Source: a virus
Taxonomy: Duplodnaviria > Caudoviricetes
Direction: 5' to 3' (one strand)
Virus record (IMG/VR): IMGVR_UViG_3300046002_006145
Coordinates: 1 to 50,603 of that record
Length of the DNA stretch: 50,603 nt
The position numbers and the translations under genes were made by a program. Shown here in pieces: positions 27,601-36,559 of the stretch. The first letter of the stretch is position 1. Each line of letters begins with the position of its first letter. The notes beneath the pieces are model-generated. The model saw only the letters and a program-made list of their open reading frames with translations, had not been told where the DNA came from and did no database searches.

Positions 27601-28372
27601 ACTTTGATTTAGTGGCCAAGCAAAGTTTTGAAGCACGGTATTTTGGTGTGATGATATTCTTTGAACCACCGAAGCAATTTAACCTGGTAATGATGTTGGA
27701 AGAAGAAAGTTTCTCACGTGTCAATTCGTAGATTCCTTTTCCTTTGCCGTATTCGAAAGTATGGCCAAAACTGTTTCCAATAGTGCCAACATTTATGGTT
27801 CTGTTTCCTGATCCATCAATTGCAATCTTAAACTCCGTTCCAAAGCTATCTTCACCGCATAAAGATTGAAGCACGGTTAAACAATTGTCGGAATCGTTGA
27901 AGCTTAACGTCAATGTTTTCGTTCCTGCCGGATAAGTACCAACCGCCCATTTTCCTGCTCCAAAAACACGGTTCGCATTGGCCACAAGAACATCGAGAAA
28001 CAACTTTATATCACCAGTAATGGAATCGCCACTAATATCTTGAATATCGTTGCTGGTGGTGTCAATATTCACGTTGAAGGCAGCACGTAATAAGTCATAT
28101 TGAACCCCTTCAAACTGCATATCATACTGAAAATTGTTTTCAGAAATTTTCCTTTCACGTGCTGGTGTGTTCAGGGTATAGTCACGGCCAATGACTGTGA
28201 TCTTATCGCCAAGTAAGAAATTCATTTTCTTTGCCGACTGAACAGATATATCAATGACATCAGCACCCAATAACTCGACTGTTTGCAAAGCCTTTGTGAC
28301 AGCACTTACATTTTCCTTTGAATTTAGTTTTAAAGTAGATCCGTTTCTGTGGGTAATTATAATTTGTTCCAT
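24611..28372 (-). CDS. Tail tip/hub protein with central CBM-like and C-terminal receptor-binding regions
   Basis: 1253 aa after the Dit-like gene; YGKGKGIYEL...ITRLNCFGGSKNI, DIYPHRTG; IGGRNYI...EKGNKVTDWTAAPED module. Confidence 0.8.
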   Translation of the reverse strand: MEQIIITHRNGSTLKLNSKENVSAVTKALQTVELLGADVIDISVQSAKKMNFLLGDKITVIGRDYTLNTPARERKISENNFQYDMQFEGVQYDLLRAAFNVNIDTTSNDIQDISGDSITGDIKLFLDVLVANANRVFGAGKWAVGTYPAGTKTLTLSFNDSDNCLTVLQSLCGEDSFGTEFKIAIDGSGNRTINVGTIGNSFGHTFEYGKGKGIYELTREKLSSSNIITRLNCFGGSKNIITPKYRASKLCLATKSKSQSFIEDAGAIATYGIWESTRDFDDIYPHRTGIISSLGATVFEFIDSSMDFDLNEKNVDGTTKYLMDGTSAKIHFNTGNLAGYEFEVTAYVHATKKFTIISQTDQNDYVFPSTTTAAFQFQVGDEYIISDIYMPQSYIDTAEAELAVKGAAYLAKYSQPLVQYGLTIDSNYLKTQVGADALSNIVWVGDFIPIKDTDLEVDKTIRVKGFTRDLMLDYAYQLTIADLSVTVSTINRVISGMNTIDKVIKINDLNDPAKARRNWKDSQEVLNMIFDVEGDYYTDKIKPLSIETNMLSVGAKSMQFGLEAIIFQPNYAANKNRVVYSGGSLVHYSILDSGDNPIVWTITGGDVVITTDTARYVYAKCSRSGSGGSILFSTDKISVESDGAYYHFLIGILNSVDANNTRALALMYGFTTVNGRFIKTGRIQSADGNTYFDLDAGEFKGNFKFSSGETIQTAISNSVNNIQIGGRNYITESEAEKEFSSTLEIPLSMFVAGETISLSFFGKYATGGTESWSFLVKNTGTGTSGTNLLYIPVNENSYTYKSATITLPATLDNLRIVCSNAGAYAYHGFLKLIKVEKGNKVTDWTAAPEDVDANIALTDYLKAAMQANTSIEGGLLSTTLIQVKDVAGNVTGGLSGLATDNVVLFGGGTYADALASATTPTAVAVIDRKDGSGHRAKGSLLWDKLGNLTVGLFKVVAGAITGFEGLYERIRITTQAITPLATLIAGGWIREATDYRVTTIYAGTVYNSYSDIPLVVPVTIVRSAVLSIPIATSIKIYAGGILGYLISDTSGVTINTINQKFEISGVGSYTLSPGGNQTIALAAGSYTITYIIEGTFNVTKFHSAMISMSNTSAAYVEVQSVAPSRTEIGGDGFFSFWSTTQYLFYDKLNGLKIKGATDIPGILATGSISSAGTHTNRWGAKSSASNATYTATGIYDVIHSVGVSTYTVILTPSVDGYRASIISKSTTSFRVQVRNSSNTIIAGSFDYTILGVN

Positions 28373-29022
28373 ACGACAACGCCTGTAGTGGTTAATGATG
28401 TGATTTCGTCAATGTTTCCGGTAACTACGATGTAATAAGTGCCGTTGTTGGTGTAATCGTGCGTAATCGTTTGGGCTGTTCCGCTTGCATCGTAGGTATG
28501 TGAACCGTCACCCCAATAAATGTTAAGCAGTTTGGCACTTGTAAAAGTCACGCTTACGGTTTTGTTGGCATCGGCAGTTCGTGTATATTTCAAAACCTTT
28601 TTAATCGGTTCCGGCTCACTAAATTTTAGCTTGAAAGTACCTACCATTGAGTTTGAATTCCACTTCTTTGAAACATCAACACTATCGGTCAAATAGATTT
28701 CGAATACAAGTGGTTTTGGTGTGGTTTCGTTATCGATATAAACTTCTAGCCTTCTTGTTCCTGTCTTATCGAATAAAGCCAAAAACGTGTTGCATTTTGC
28801 CACGAATTCAGTTTGGCTGTCTGCCTTAATGAAGCAGTCAAGTTCAATCTCACGTGCTTCGTATAGTCGCTTGGTAAGATCCACAACCGAGCCGTTATAA
28901 TCAGCCCAGTCAACTGTTGGACTGTCTTTCGGTTTTGGTCGGCTCAAAAGCCCATCAGAGGACGAAATGTAAACGTTGTAATCTCGTAAATCAATATCGT
29001 CTATTTTGTATATCACTTCCAT
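28357..29022 (-). CDS. Distal tail (Dit-like) protein with PKD-like C-terminal domain
   Basis: Position after the tape measure gene; NIYWGDGS...THDYTNNGTYYIVV. Confidence 0.65.
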   Translation of the reverse strand: MEVIYKIDDIDLRDYNVYISSSDGLLSRPKPKDSPTVDWADYNGSVVDLTKRLYEAREIELDCFIKADSQTEFVAKCNTFLALFDKTGTRRLEVYIDNETTPKPLVFEIYLTDSVDVSKKWNSNSMVGTFKLKFSEPEPIKKVLKYTRTADANKTVSVTFTSAKLLNIYWGDGSHTYDASGTAQTITHDYTNNGTYYIVVTGNIDEITSLTTTGVVVWNKL

Positions 29023-29024
29023 AA

Positions 29025-29534
29025 TTAGTATGTTTTTTTGTTCTTTTCAATGATTTTAATAACCGAGGTTTCATTAGTAGATTCCGTGATTTGGCCACCG
29101 TATCTGTTAATGTAAACCTTAGCATTATCGTAGGTAAAAATGTGAACCTTGGCATTGTCAAAAACGTCAATCATAACGAATGAATTTCCTTTTGCCATAA
29201 CAGTAACTTCCGATTCATTCTTTATAAATATCTCACAAACATCGAAGTTTTCTGCCTTAACTGTACCGGAACATTTACCCAAAGCAATTGTTTTCGGCTC
29301 ACTTATAACCCTCAGTGTTTCATCCAAATGGATGCCGTGAGATTCCATTTTGCCCTTGAAGTTTTTACGGATAAAATCGTTTGTCGGGAAGTCATTCGAC
29401 AAACAGAAATCAATCCCTTTTACGTACATTTCTAGCATATTGTCTATGTCCGTTTCGTTCTTTAACTCCAAGTGCCAGTTTTCGCAAATGCCGTGTATCT
29501 TTGCCATCTTGGCCAGTTCGCTATTTAGTTTCAT
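29025..29534 (-). CDS. Hypothetical tail-region protein
   Basis: ORF between tape measure and Dit; repetitive beta-rich C-terminus. Confidence 0.65.
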   Translation of the reverse strand: MKLNSELAKMAKIHGICENWHLELKNETDIDNMLEMYVKGIDFCLSNDFPTNDFIRKNFKGKMESHGIHLDETLRVISEPKTIALGKCSGTVKAENFDVCEIFIKNESEVTVMAKGNSFVMIDVFDNAKVHIFTYDNAKVYINRYGGQITESTNETSVIKIIEKNKKTY

Positions 29535-29545
29535 AAGCTTAAATT

Positions 29546-32500
29546 TTACCAAAGTCCGTGAGCACGCCCACCGTTTACAAGGGTGTTCATTGCCGTTAAT
29601 ATTCCGTTTAAATTGTCCGTGTTTACCACTATCTGATTCAGGGCTAAAAGCTGACTTCTAAGCACTGATATAGATTCAATTTGGTTAATACGCATAGCGT
29701 TCATTTGCCCTGAAATCACCCCAGCCGTGTCTTCCGAAACGCTTTTAATCGAACCACTAAGAGCTTTCTTATTGTCGTTTGCTCCTGAAACATCACCAGT
29801 AATATATTTCTTGATGTCGTCTGGAAGGGCTTCGAGTGCAGAACTTAATCCTGGTCCGACTGCCGAAAGTTCATTTCCCATCTGTACGGCTGAATTCATA
29901 ACAGCATCAAAACCAAGGAAGTTTCCTTCGCTATCAACCCATTGCGCCATATACTTGTTTATGATATTTCCAACTGGTTCTTCGACAAGTTTTTGGATCA
30001 ACATTTTACGCATCACATCGCCAACAATGTCGTTTACCTTATCACCCCAAGCAGCTGCAGCATCTTCACCTGCAGAAAAAGCGTCAATTATAGCACTTCC
30101 CAAATCATTGGCAGCCGATGAAACATCCATTCCAAGAATATCTTCACGCATTTTAGCAATCTTGTCCTCAATAGCATTAATGTTATCCTGAATGTTATTC
30201 TGGTATTCCTGTACTTTTCCGCTATCAGTTTTTTTCTTGTCATTTTCTGCTTTGGCTAATGCGGCATATTCTGCTTGTTGTTTTTTAAGATTGTCTATCG
30301 TAGCTTTTTGGCTTGAATAACGTCCACTACCCAAGGCTTTGTCTATTGCACGCTCTAATTTTTCATAAGATACTTTCAAGGCATCAACTTCGGCTTTATG
30401 TTTCCTTATAGACTTTTCAAGCTTCCTATCTTTCGCTCCTGCAATCAGGTCAATTGCGCTCACTATATATTCCACCGAACCTTTAATAATATCAACTGGA
30501 TTACCTTCTGCAAGCCCTTTCATTACGGTAGCAGTACCGTTCATCATTCCTTTGATATCTCCAAGAACCTGTTTATCTTGTTCCGTAGTTTTAACACCGA
30601 GTTTATCAAGAGATCCTACAACTTGATCAAATACCTGTCCTACTGCGTCAATTGCGGCAGACGCATCACTCATCACTTCTTTAAAATTTACCGACGACTG
30701 GTCTGTCTTATATTTTTTTAATGCTTCAGAAAGGGCAAGAAAAGGATTTCGCTGTTCGATGATATTTGTAATATCATTTATTTTTTGACGTAAAGTTTCA
30801 AGGTCTTTTGGGTCAAGATTCATATTACTGAACTCACCTTCAACTTTATCCTTCAGTTTGATTAACTCACGTGTTGTAACGTTGTCAAGATTCCCAAATA
30901 GTTTTGACCAGTCAGGTGACTTCATTAACTCGTCAACTGAAAGTGCAGAACTATCTTTTGAGAATTGTTTTTTTCGTTCGTCAAGTGATTGCTGAATTTG
31001 GGCTTTTTCGGCATCTGTTTTAGCATTTAACAAACCACTTTGAAGCCTTTCAATATCCCTGTTATAATCAGTTTCAAGATCAAACATTTTCTGTTTCATA
31101 TCCTGAAACTTCGCAAGCAGCTCGTCTAGCTTTTCTTTTTCAGCTTGTGTATCGACAAGCTCAACGGCTTTTTTATCGGCATTCGCTTTGCTTACTGCTG
31201 TTGCACGTAACGACTTGAAGCTTGACAGATCAGGATTTTTAACACCAGCTTTTTTGGCTTTTTTAATGAATTCCTTTTCCTCGTCGTCAATGCCTTTCAT
31301 CGTTTGCTTCAAGTCGAAGTCAATCAACTCTTTTTTAGCATCAATCCTTTGTTGTGTAAGTTCCTTTTCTTTGGTGAAAGACAAATCAGTTTGTTTCAAT
31401 TCATCGTCGTACAACCTGATTTTGGTTTCAATGCCGTCACGAATAAGCGATTGTTCCTCGGAAATTGCTTTTTTCTGGGCATCAAGTTTATCTTTGTCGA
31501 AGTCTTTGTTGTCTTTTACCGAAGTATCACCTTTTGTTTTTTTACCAAGTATTTTATTTGATTCGGCTTCACCTTGTGCTATTTGATTCAGTAACTTTTT
31601 ACGCTCATTATTATAGTTTTTTGCTTGTGGGTCTAGCTTTTTAAGTGCGTCTTGTGCGATCTTTACCTGGTCTTGCCAATAATCTGCATTTTTGACAATA
31701 GGTGATTTTGGGTCTGGTGCTTTATCACCGCCCGTGGCTTTATTGATTTCCTCTTTCAGCTTTTTCTGCAAATCCTTTTCGGCATCAAGAACGGCTTTAT
31801 TGTTTTTAGCATTCAGTTCGACTGACTTCATCGCACCCAATGCAGGGTTCCCAACTGCTGTTGAAATGGCAATATTCGCTTTATCAATCCAGTCAAGGTT
31901 TTCAGTGCCTCTTGATGCTTTATTTATTCTGTCGTCACTTGCCGAAAGTTCTTTTTCAAGGTTTTGGATTTTTATTTTCTTGCTTAATGCTTCAATATAT
32001 CCGTTTATAGCAATAGTTCCTTCTTTGGTTTTTATGTTATCAAGTGTAAGCCCGTTTAAGTGTTCTGGGCTTAATGCGATTAATTCTTTTAATTTTTGGT
32101 TACGGAATTCACGGCTGTTACCTTCGTCGTTTATTAATGAAATTAAAGTCGATGATTTGCTTTTTTCCTCGTCAATTTTCTTGTTCGATTCGTCCATTGC
32201 ATCATTATAACGCTTTGTTGCTTTTTCGGCTTCAGTTTGAGCAGAAGTAACTTGGTATATTACCACTGCAAGCCCAACCAAAGCCGTAATAGCCAAAACA
32301 TAAGGGTTGGAAAGCATAGAGTTGTTAAGTGCAAGTTGAGCTGCTGTAAGACGGCTTTTTGCCACTGCTGCAACACCTTCGGCAGTGGTAAGTGTAATCG
32401 TCGAACCAGTATTTCCAATATTGGCAAGAATTTGTTGATAGGCTATTTCAGCTTGTAGTGCGCTTACTGCATTTGCAACTATAACAGCCGCTTTGTAAGT

Positions 32501-33373
32501 TCCATAAGTAGCTGCCAAAGCAAATAACACTTTACCAACGGTTTCGTAGTTTTCAACTAAGCCTGTAAGTCCTGAGATACCACTTGAAATAACACCATCG
32601 TTACTTTCACCAATAGTATTAAGCATCCTGTCAAAAGCATCGCTTAAATTGCTTATTTGGCCTGTGATTGTTTTTGATTGTTTTTCCATTAAGTTGAAAA
32701 ACATTCCACCTTCATCGGTCAGGTTTTGAATGACTTTTTGAACCTCTGGAAATCCAATTTTACCATTTTCAACCATTTTTGAAATCTCGCTGTCGGTAAC
32801 TCCCATCACTTTTGCAAGCTCACTAATCATTGGAATACCAGCTTCAGAGAATTGTCGTAAATCGTCGCCCATAAGTTTTCCTTTGGCTTTCACTTGCCCG
32901 TAAACTGTCACAAGCCTTCCAAGTGGAACCGAAACACCAGCCGAGATATTACCCAAACGAATAACAGTATCGTTCACCTCTTCGGCAGCAACCTGATAGG
33001 CAAGCAATTGTTTTGCTCCTTGTGCAACTTCGGTAAGCGTAAAAGGTGTTTTGGCAGCCGTGTCAACAATCTGAGCCATTAACTGGTCGGCCTTTTCCTT
33101 ACTTCCAAGCATAGTTGTAAAAGCAACGTCAAGCTGCTGGAATTCGCCTCTTACGGTAAGTAATTTGTTTCCCAGCATTCCTAAAAATGCCGTGCCACCA
33201 ATGGCAGCCAAGGCAGTTCCAACACCACCAAAACTGTTTTCCATATTCTTGCCTTCATTGACGAAAGTATCTGAAACGCCCTTTATTCGTCTTTCGGCTT
33301 CCAAGGCTGTTTGCTGAAGTCTGGTGTTGTTCAAGTAAAAATCAAACTCTAATGATCCGTTGTCTGTGTTCAT
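29546..33373 (-). CDS. Tail tape measure protein
   Basis: 1275 aa, helical; tape-measure domain AAKTPFTLTEVAQGAKQLLAY...GKLMGDDLRQFSEAGIP. Confidence 0.92.
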   Translation of the reverse strand: MNTDNGSLEFDFYLNNTRLQQTALEAERRIKGVSDTFVNEGKNMENSFGGVGTALAAIGGTAFLGMLGNKLLTVRGEFQQLDVAFTTMLGSKEKADQLMAQIVDTAAKTPFTLTEVAQGAKQLLAYQVAAEEVNDTVIRLGNISAGVSVPLGRLVTVYGQVKAKGKLMGDDLRQFSEAGIPMISELAKVMGVTDSEISKMVENGKIGFPEVQKVIQNLTDEGGMFFNLMEKQSKTITGQISNLSDAFDRMLNTIGESNDGVISSGISGLTGLVENYETVGKVLFALAATYGTYKAAVIVANAVSALQAEIAYQQILANIGNTGSTITLTTAEGVAAVAKSRLTAAQLALNNSMLSNPYVLAITALVGLAVVIYQVTSAQTEAEKATKRYNDAMDESNKKIDEEKSKSSTLISLINDEGNSREFRNQKLKELIALSPEHLNGLTLDNIKTKEGTIAINGYIEALSKKIKIQNLEKELSASDDRINKASRGTENLDWIDKANIAISTAVGNPALGAMKSVELNAKNNKAVLDAEKDLQKKLKEEINKATGGDKAPDPKSPIVKNADYWQDQVKIAQDALKKLDPQAKNYNNERKKLLNQIAQGEAESNKILGKKTKGDTSVKDNKDFDKDKLDAQKKAISEEQSLIRDGIETKIRLYDDELKQTDLSFTKEKELTQQRIDAKKELIDFDLKQTMKGIDDEEKEFIKKAKKAGVKNPDLSSFKSLRATAVSKANADKKAVELVDTQAEKEKLDELLAKFQDMKQKMFDLETDYNRDIERLQSGLLNAKTDAEKAQIQQSLDERKKQFSKDSSALSVDELMKSPDWSKLFGNLDNVTTRELIKLKDKVEGEFSNMNLDPKDLETLRQKINDITNIIEQRNPFLALSEALKKYKTDQSSVNFKEVMSDASAAIDAVGQVFDQVVGSLDKLGVKTTEQDKQVLGDIKGMMNGTATVMKGLAEGNPVDIIKGSVEYIVSAIDLIAGAKDRKLEKSIRKHKAEVDALKVSYEKLERAIDKALGSGRYSSQKATIDNLKKQQAEYAALAKAENDKKKTDSGKVQEYQNNIQDNINAIEDKIAKMREDILGMDVSSAANDLGSAIIDAFSAGEDAAAAWGDKVNDIVGDVMRKMLIQKLVEEPVGNIINKYMAQWVDSEGNFLGFDAVMNSAVQMGNELSAVGPGLSSALEALPDDIKKYITGDVSGANDNKKALSGSIKSVSEDTAGVISGQMNAMRINQIESISVLRSQLLALNQIVVNTDNLNGILTAMNTLVNGGRAHGLW

Positions 33374-33376
33374 CTT

Positions 33377-33667
33377 TTATCCCATTGTGTTAATAAAGCT
33401 CATTATGCTGCCTGCGTTTTCCTTGTTAAGTTTCAGCTTTTCGTCTTTGTCTTTTCCTTCGTGGTCGTATGAAGGTAAATCGGACATAATACGCTGTACA
33501 ATCGCCCAAGGGATGCCGTTGTGTAGATAGTGCCAAGTCCAGCCGAAGTGGGCGCAAATCGAACCTCTACGACCGTATGGACTGTTTAATCCACGTTGTT
33601 TTCCTCTACTCGAATCGGCATCGTCGTCCTGCTGGCTGACATTAATCGAATAGAGTTTGTAAAATCC
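33377..33667 (-). CDS. -1 frame extension of the tail assembly chaperone (gpGT-like)
   Basis: Open -1 frame ...GLNSPYGRRGSICAHFGWTWHYLHNGIPWAIVQRIMSDLPSYD...MG* ending 3 nt before the tape measure start; no early ATG. Confidence 0.65.
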   Translation of the reverse strand, partial: GFYKLYSINVSQQDDDADSSRGKQRGLNSPYGRRGSICAHFGWTWHYLHNGIPWAIVQRIMSDLPSYDHEGKDKDEKLKLNKENAGSIMSFINTMG

Positions 33668-34152
33668 CCCAAATTGGACATTGTATTGACCAGGATAGCC
33701 AACTGTAACAATTTTGAAGGTTTGATATGTATAAAGAATAGTTCTGTAAGTTCGTCAAGTCGTTTGTCGTCGTACTTGTAAATGAACCCTGAACCGTTTT
33801 TTTTCGTTTTAATGTAGTCTTGACCAAGCACCGCAAAAGCCACAATACGTGCCAATGTTTCACCGTGTTTGCCTGTCATTTTCTTAGCCTCTTGAACACC
33901 TGATTCGGAAGACATCACGGCTTCGTCAATTCTAAGTTCAATTTGTTCCGAGGAAATCAAATCAAGTACGGCCAAAGTAGGTTCTTTGATAGTGAATTTA
34001 AGTGTTTCTGTTTTTGTGTATCTCTTTTTAAATCGGCCAAAGAAACCGTTTTGACGAACTTCAAATGTTCGTTCAATATCGAAGTTCACACCCTTGTCAA
34101 TTAGCAAGTTCAGTTCGCTTTTTTCGGCATTAATATTTTGATCTTCATTCAT
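33586..34152 (-). CDS. Tail assembly chaperone (gpG-like)
   Basis: Lies between the major tail and tape measure genes. Confidence 0.75.
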   Translation of the reverse strand: MNEDQNINAEKSELNLLIDKGVNFDIERTFEVRQNGFFGRFKKRYTKTETLKFTIKEPTLAVLDLISSEQIELRIDEAVMSSESGVQEAKKMTGKHGETLARIVAFAVLGQDYIKTKKNGSGFIYKYDDKRLDELTELFFIHIKPSKLLQLAILVNTMSNLGDFTNSIRLMSASRTTMPIRVEENNVD

Positions 34153-34184
34153 TTTGTTACGGTAGTTTTTAATTGTATTATTTT

Positions 34185-34219
34185 AAAAAAAGCCCCGAAA
34201 ATTTGCAAATCCGAGGCTT
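34185..34219 (-). terminator. Terminator after the major tail gene
   Basis: Minus strand AAGCCTCG...CGGGGCTTTTTTT. Confidence 0.6.
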
Positions 34220-34245
34220 CAATTACTAAGTCAAAATACTCTTGT

Positions 34246-34992
34246 TTAGACTCCGGCTTGTGTTACTGGAACAATTGCAGAAATTCCGTCTGCTGTAACA
34301 GTCACATTTGCAGTTCTTGCCTCAGAGTTGGTGTTCGCTGTAACTTTAACAGTCACGACTTTCAATGCTCTTGTCACGGTAATCCAGTCAAGGTCACTTG
34401 GTGCAGCAGCATAAGTCACGTTACCAGTTGAAGTGGCAGTGATTGTTTTACCTACTGCATCAGCAGCAGAAGTGAACGACAATGTTGTCGGTGTCACAAC
34501 CAATTGAGTTGCACCGTCATAAGCCAAGATTGACTTACCAGCAGTTACAGCCATTGGCGTGATTGTAAAATCTACAAGGAAGATTCCTTTTGCGCTGAAA
34601 TCGGCATTGATAACCGCTTCAATATCGGCATTTGGGATGTCGATATAGTGACCTTGCTGTGTTTTTACACGAACAGCTTTGTTGGCCACAACTTCGTCAC
34701 CGTTGAAACCCCAGATTCCTGCTGTATTTGTTCCACCAACATAGTCGGCTAACATTTGAGCATCTGGATCCATAATAGAAAAAGACAGTACAGGTACTTT
34801 CTTTTGTTTTTTACGGACTTCCGGTGCTGATTTGCCCTCTTCGAAGTGTTCGGTAACTTCTGCGGTGGCTTGCGCTAACTTACAAGTGTCTTTGTAAGTT
34901 TTACCGATTTTAGCCAAAGATCCAGGCATTGTTCCTACTGTGGAAGCGATGCCAACTTCGACTTGCGATAATCCTAAAGTGATTAATGCCAT
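34246..34992 (-). CDS. Major tail protein with C-terminal BACON-like domain
   Basis: Position; C-terminus DWITVT...VTVKVTANTNSEARTANVTVTADG...VTQAG. Confidence 0.8.
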   Translation of the reverse strand: MALITLGLSQVEVGIASTVGTMPGSLAKIGKTYKDTCKLAQATAEVTEHFEEGKSAPEVRKKQKKVPVLSFSIMDPDAQMLADYVGGTNTAGIWGFNGDEVVANKAVRVKTQQGHYIDIPNADIEAVINADFSAKGIFLVDFTITPMAVTAGKSILAYDGATQLVVTPTTLSFTSAADAVGKTITATSTGNVTYAAAPSDLDWITVTRALKVVTVKVTANTNSEARTANVTVTADGISAIVPVTQAGV

Positions 34993-35011
34993 AATCTTTT
35001 TATTTTTTTAA

Positions 35012-35419
35012 TTAATGAATAAACCAATTGATTCTGATGTTTACATAGTGTTGTTCGATTTCAGCTTCTTGAATCATCGTCTGATTTTCGATTGTGAAAC
35101 CTACACCTGTAATTTTTGATAATCTTATAGCGTTCAAAACGAGTTCCGAAATTGCTTTCAAACGTGTTCTGTTGGCCATTTTTTGTGCGGTGCCTCCGAT
35201 AGTTACCGATTGGTCCGCAACGTGAATGTTTACGTTAGAAGTTCCAAGCTGTGGTTCAAACTCCTGAGTCAATGCAATAGTGTTAATCGTAATATCTTCC
35301 AGCTCTGAATTCAAAGGACGTTGACCAGCGTACACGCTTCCAGTGATAGCCGAAGTTATCGCTGTAGTGTTTTTTAATATGCCGTATAAATAGGCATCCG
35401 TGTCGAAAGTCTGTTTCAT
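35012..35419 (-). CDS. Tail terminator-like protein
   Basis: Position immediately before the major tail gene; 135 aa. Confidence 0.6.
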   Translation of the reverse strand: MKQTFDTDAYLYGILKNTTAITSAITGSVYAGQRPLNSELEDITINTIALTQEFEPQLGTSNVNIHVADQSVTIGGTAQKMANRTRLKAISELVLNAIRLSKITGVGFTIENQTMIQEAEIEQHYVNIRINWFIH

Positions 35420-35420
35420 T

Positions 35421-35876
35421 TTAACTTATTGCTGAATTGATATTCTTTTTTAACTCTGCCAGCATACGTGGCAATTCCTGTTTTGCAAATAACTCGGTTG
35501 AGGTTAGAACGTCACGACCTCTTGACTCAACGGCAAGAGCGTAATTCATTCCGGCAACAACTACCAAGCAAATCCCTTCTTTATACTTAGATCCTGCCTT
35601 TATAGCAATTGAACGACCCTCATTTGTTCCTTTCAATCCTGAACCTGTTTGCTCGAATGATACGTGCAAGGCAACACCATTTTTAAAAACAATGTAACCA
35701 ATAGATGAACGAAGGTTTCCCGTCTGGTCCATATAGTCACCACTTATTCTTGCTTTCGTAACGCATTGTTCACCCAAGTACTGCAAGCGTTGAATAGACC
35801 TCTTTTCAATAACCTGAATAAAAGCATCAATACGAGCTTTAATCTGGGCTTGCGTGAATTTAGGTTCTAAAGCCAT
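35421..35876 (-). CDS. HK97 gp10-like neck/tail completion protein
   Basis: YMDQTGNLRSSIG, VAGMNYALAVE motifs. Confidence 0.75.
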   Translation of the reverse strand: MALEPKFTQAQIKARIDAFIQVIEKRSIQRLQYLGEQCVTKARISGDYMDQTGNLRSSIGYIVFKNGVALHVSFEQTGSGLKGTNEGRSIAIKAGSKYKEGICLVVVAGMNYALAVESRGRDVLTSTELFAKQELPRMLAELKKNINSAIS

Positions 35877-36196
35877 AATCTTTCGTGTAGTTGTCCAACA
35901 TCATACTTTAGTACTTGCCCCTTAATGCGAACGAATCCGTCAGGACTGCTCGTTTCAGAAATAAGCACCTCGGCATTTTCTTTAATCCTTTCGGAAGATA
36001 GTGGAAGGTGGACTACTGCTGCGAAGACAATTGCTTTTCCATCTTGGCCGTTGATAACAGATCCTTTTCCGTTTGATTGTTCCCGACAAATAGAATGAAG
36101 TACCCAGCTTTCAGTCGCAGTTGACCAATTACCGTCGGCATCTTGCGAAGCTTCTGTAACTGTTTTTACAAAAAGAAAGTGTGGATATTGATTCAT
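35867..36196 (-). CDS. Head closure protein
   Basis: Likely ATG at 36196 (MNQYPHFL...QDADGNW); position after the adaptor gene. Confidence 0.6.
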   Translation of the reverse strand: MNQYPHFLFVKTVTEASQDADGNWSTATESWVLHSICREQSNGKGSVINGQDGKAIVFAAVVHLPLSSERIKENAEVLISETSSPDGFVRIKGQVLKYDVGQLHERLWL

Positions 36197-36197
36197 T

Positions 36198-36509
36198 TTA
36201 CCAGTAGTTTGAACGGTTACGAATTGTATTACCAGCCAAAGGATTGACAACACCGTGTTTCTCGTATATCCCTGAAGCTAACTTTATAAGGTTGCTTTTA
36301 TCGGTTGCTGATATTTGATAATCGCCTTCGGAAAGATTTGCCGAAGTGACAATCAAAGTATAAACGGCAGCCGTGGCCAACTCGAAAGCTTTTGTGATTC
36401 CAGTGTAAACATCAGAGTCATTTAATCCATTATCAATAAGTATCTTTTGAAGCTTCACGGCTTCAATTGGATAGTTTACGGATGCTGAAAGGGCTTCTAA
36501 GTTTGTCAT
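36198..36509 (-). CDS. Head-tail adaptor
   Basis: 103 aa directly after the capsid gene; NLSEGDYQIS motif. Confidence 0.65.
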   Translation of the reverse strand: MTNLEALSASVNYPIEAVKLQKILIDNGLNDSDVYTGITKAFELATAAVYTLIVTSANLSEGDYQISATDKSNLIKLASGIYEKHGVVNPLAGNTIRNRSNYW

Positions 36510-36527
36510 TGTTCAGTGAGAGTTTTA

Positions 36528-36553
36528 AAAGGGTGTCGAATTCGACACCCTTT
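36528..36553. terminator. Perfect 26-bp inverted repeat after the major capsid gene (terminator)
   Basis: AAAGGGTGTCGAATTCGACACCCTTT. Confidence 0.75.
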
Positions 36554-36559
36554 CAATTA

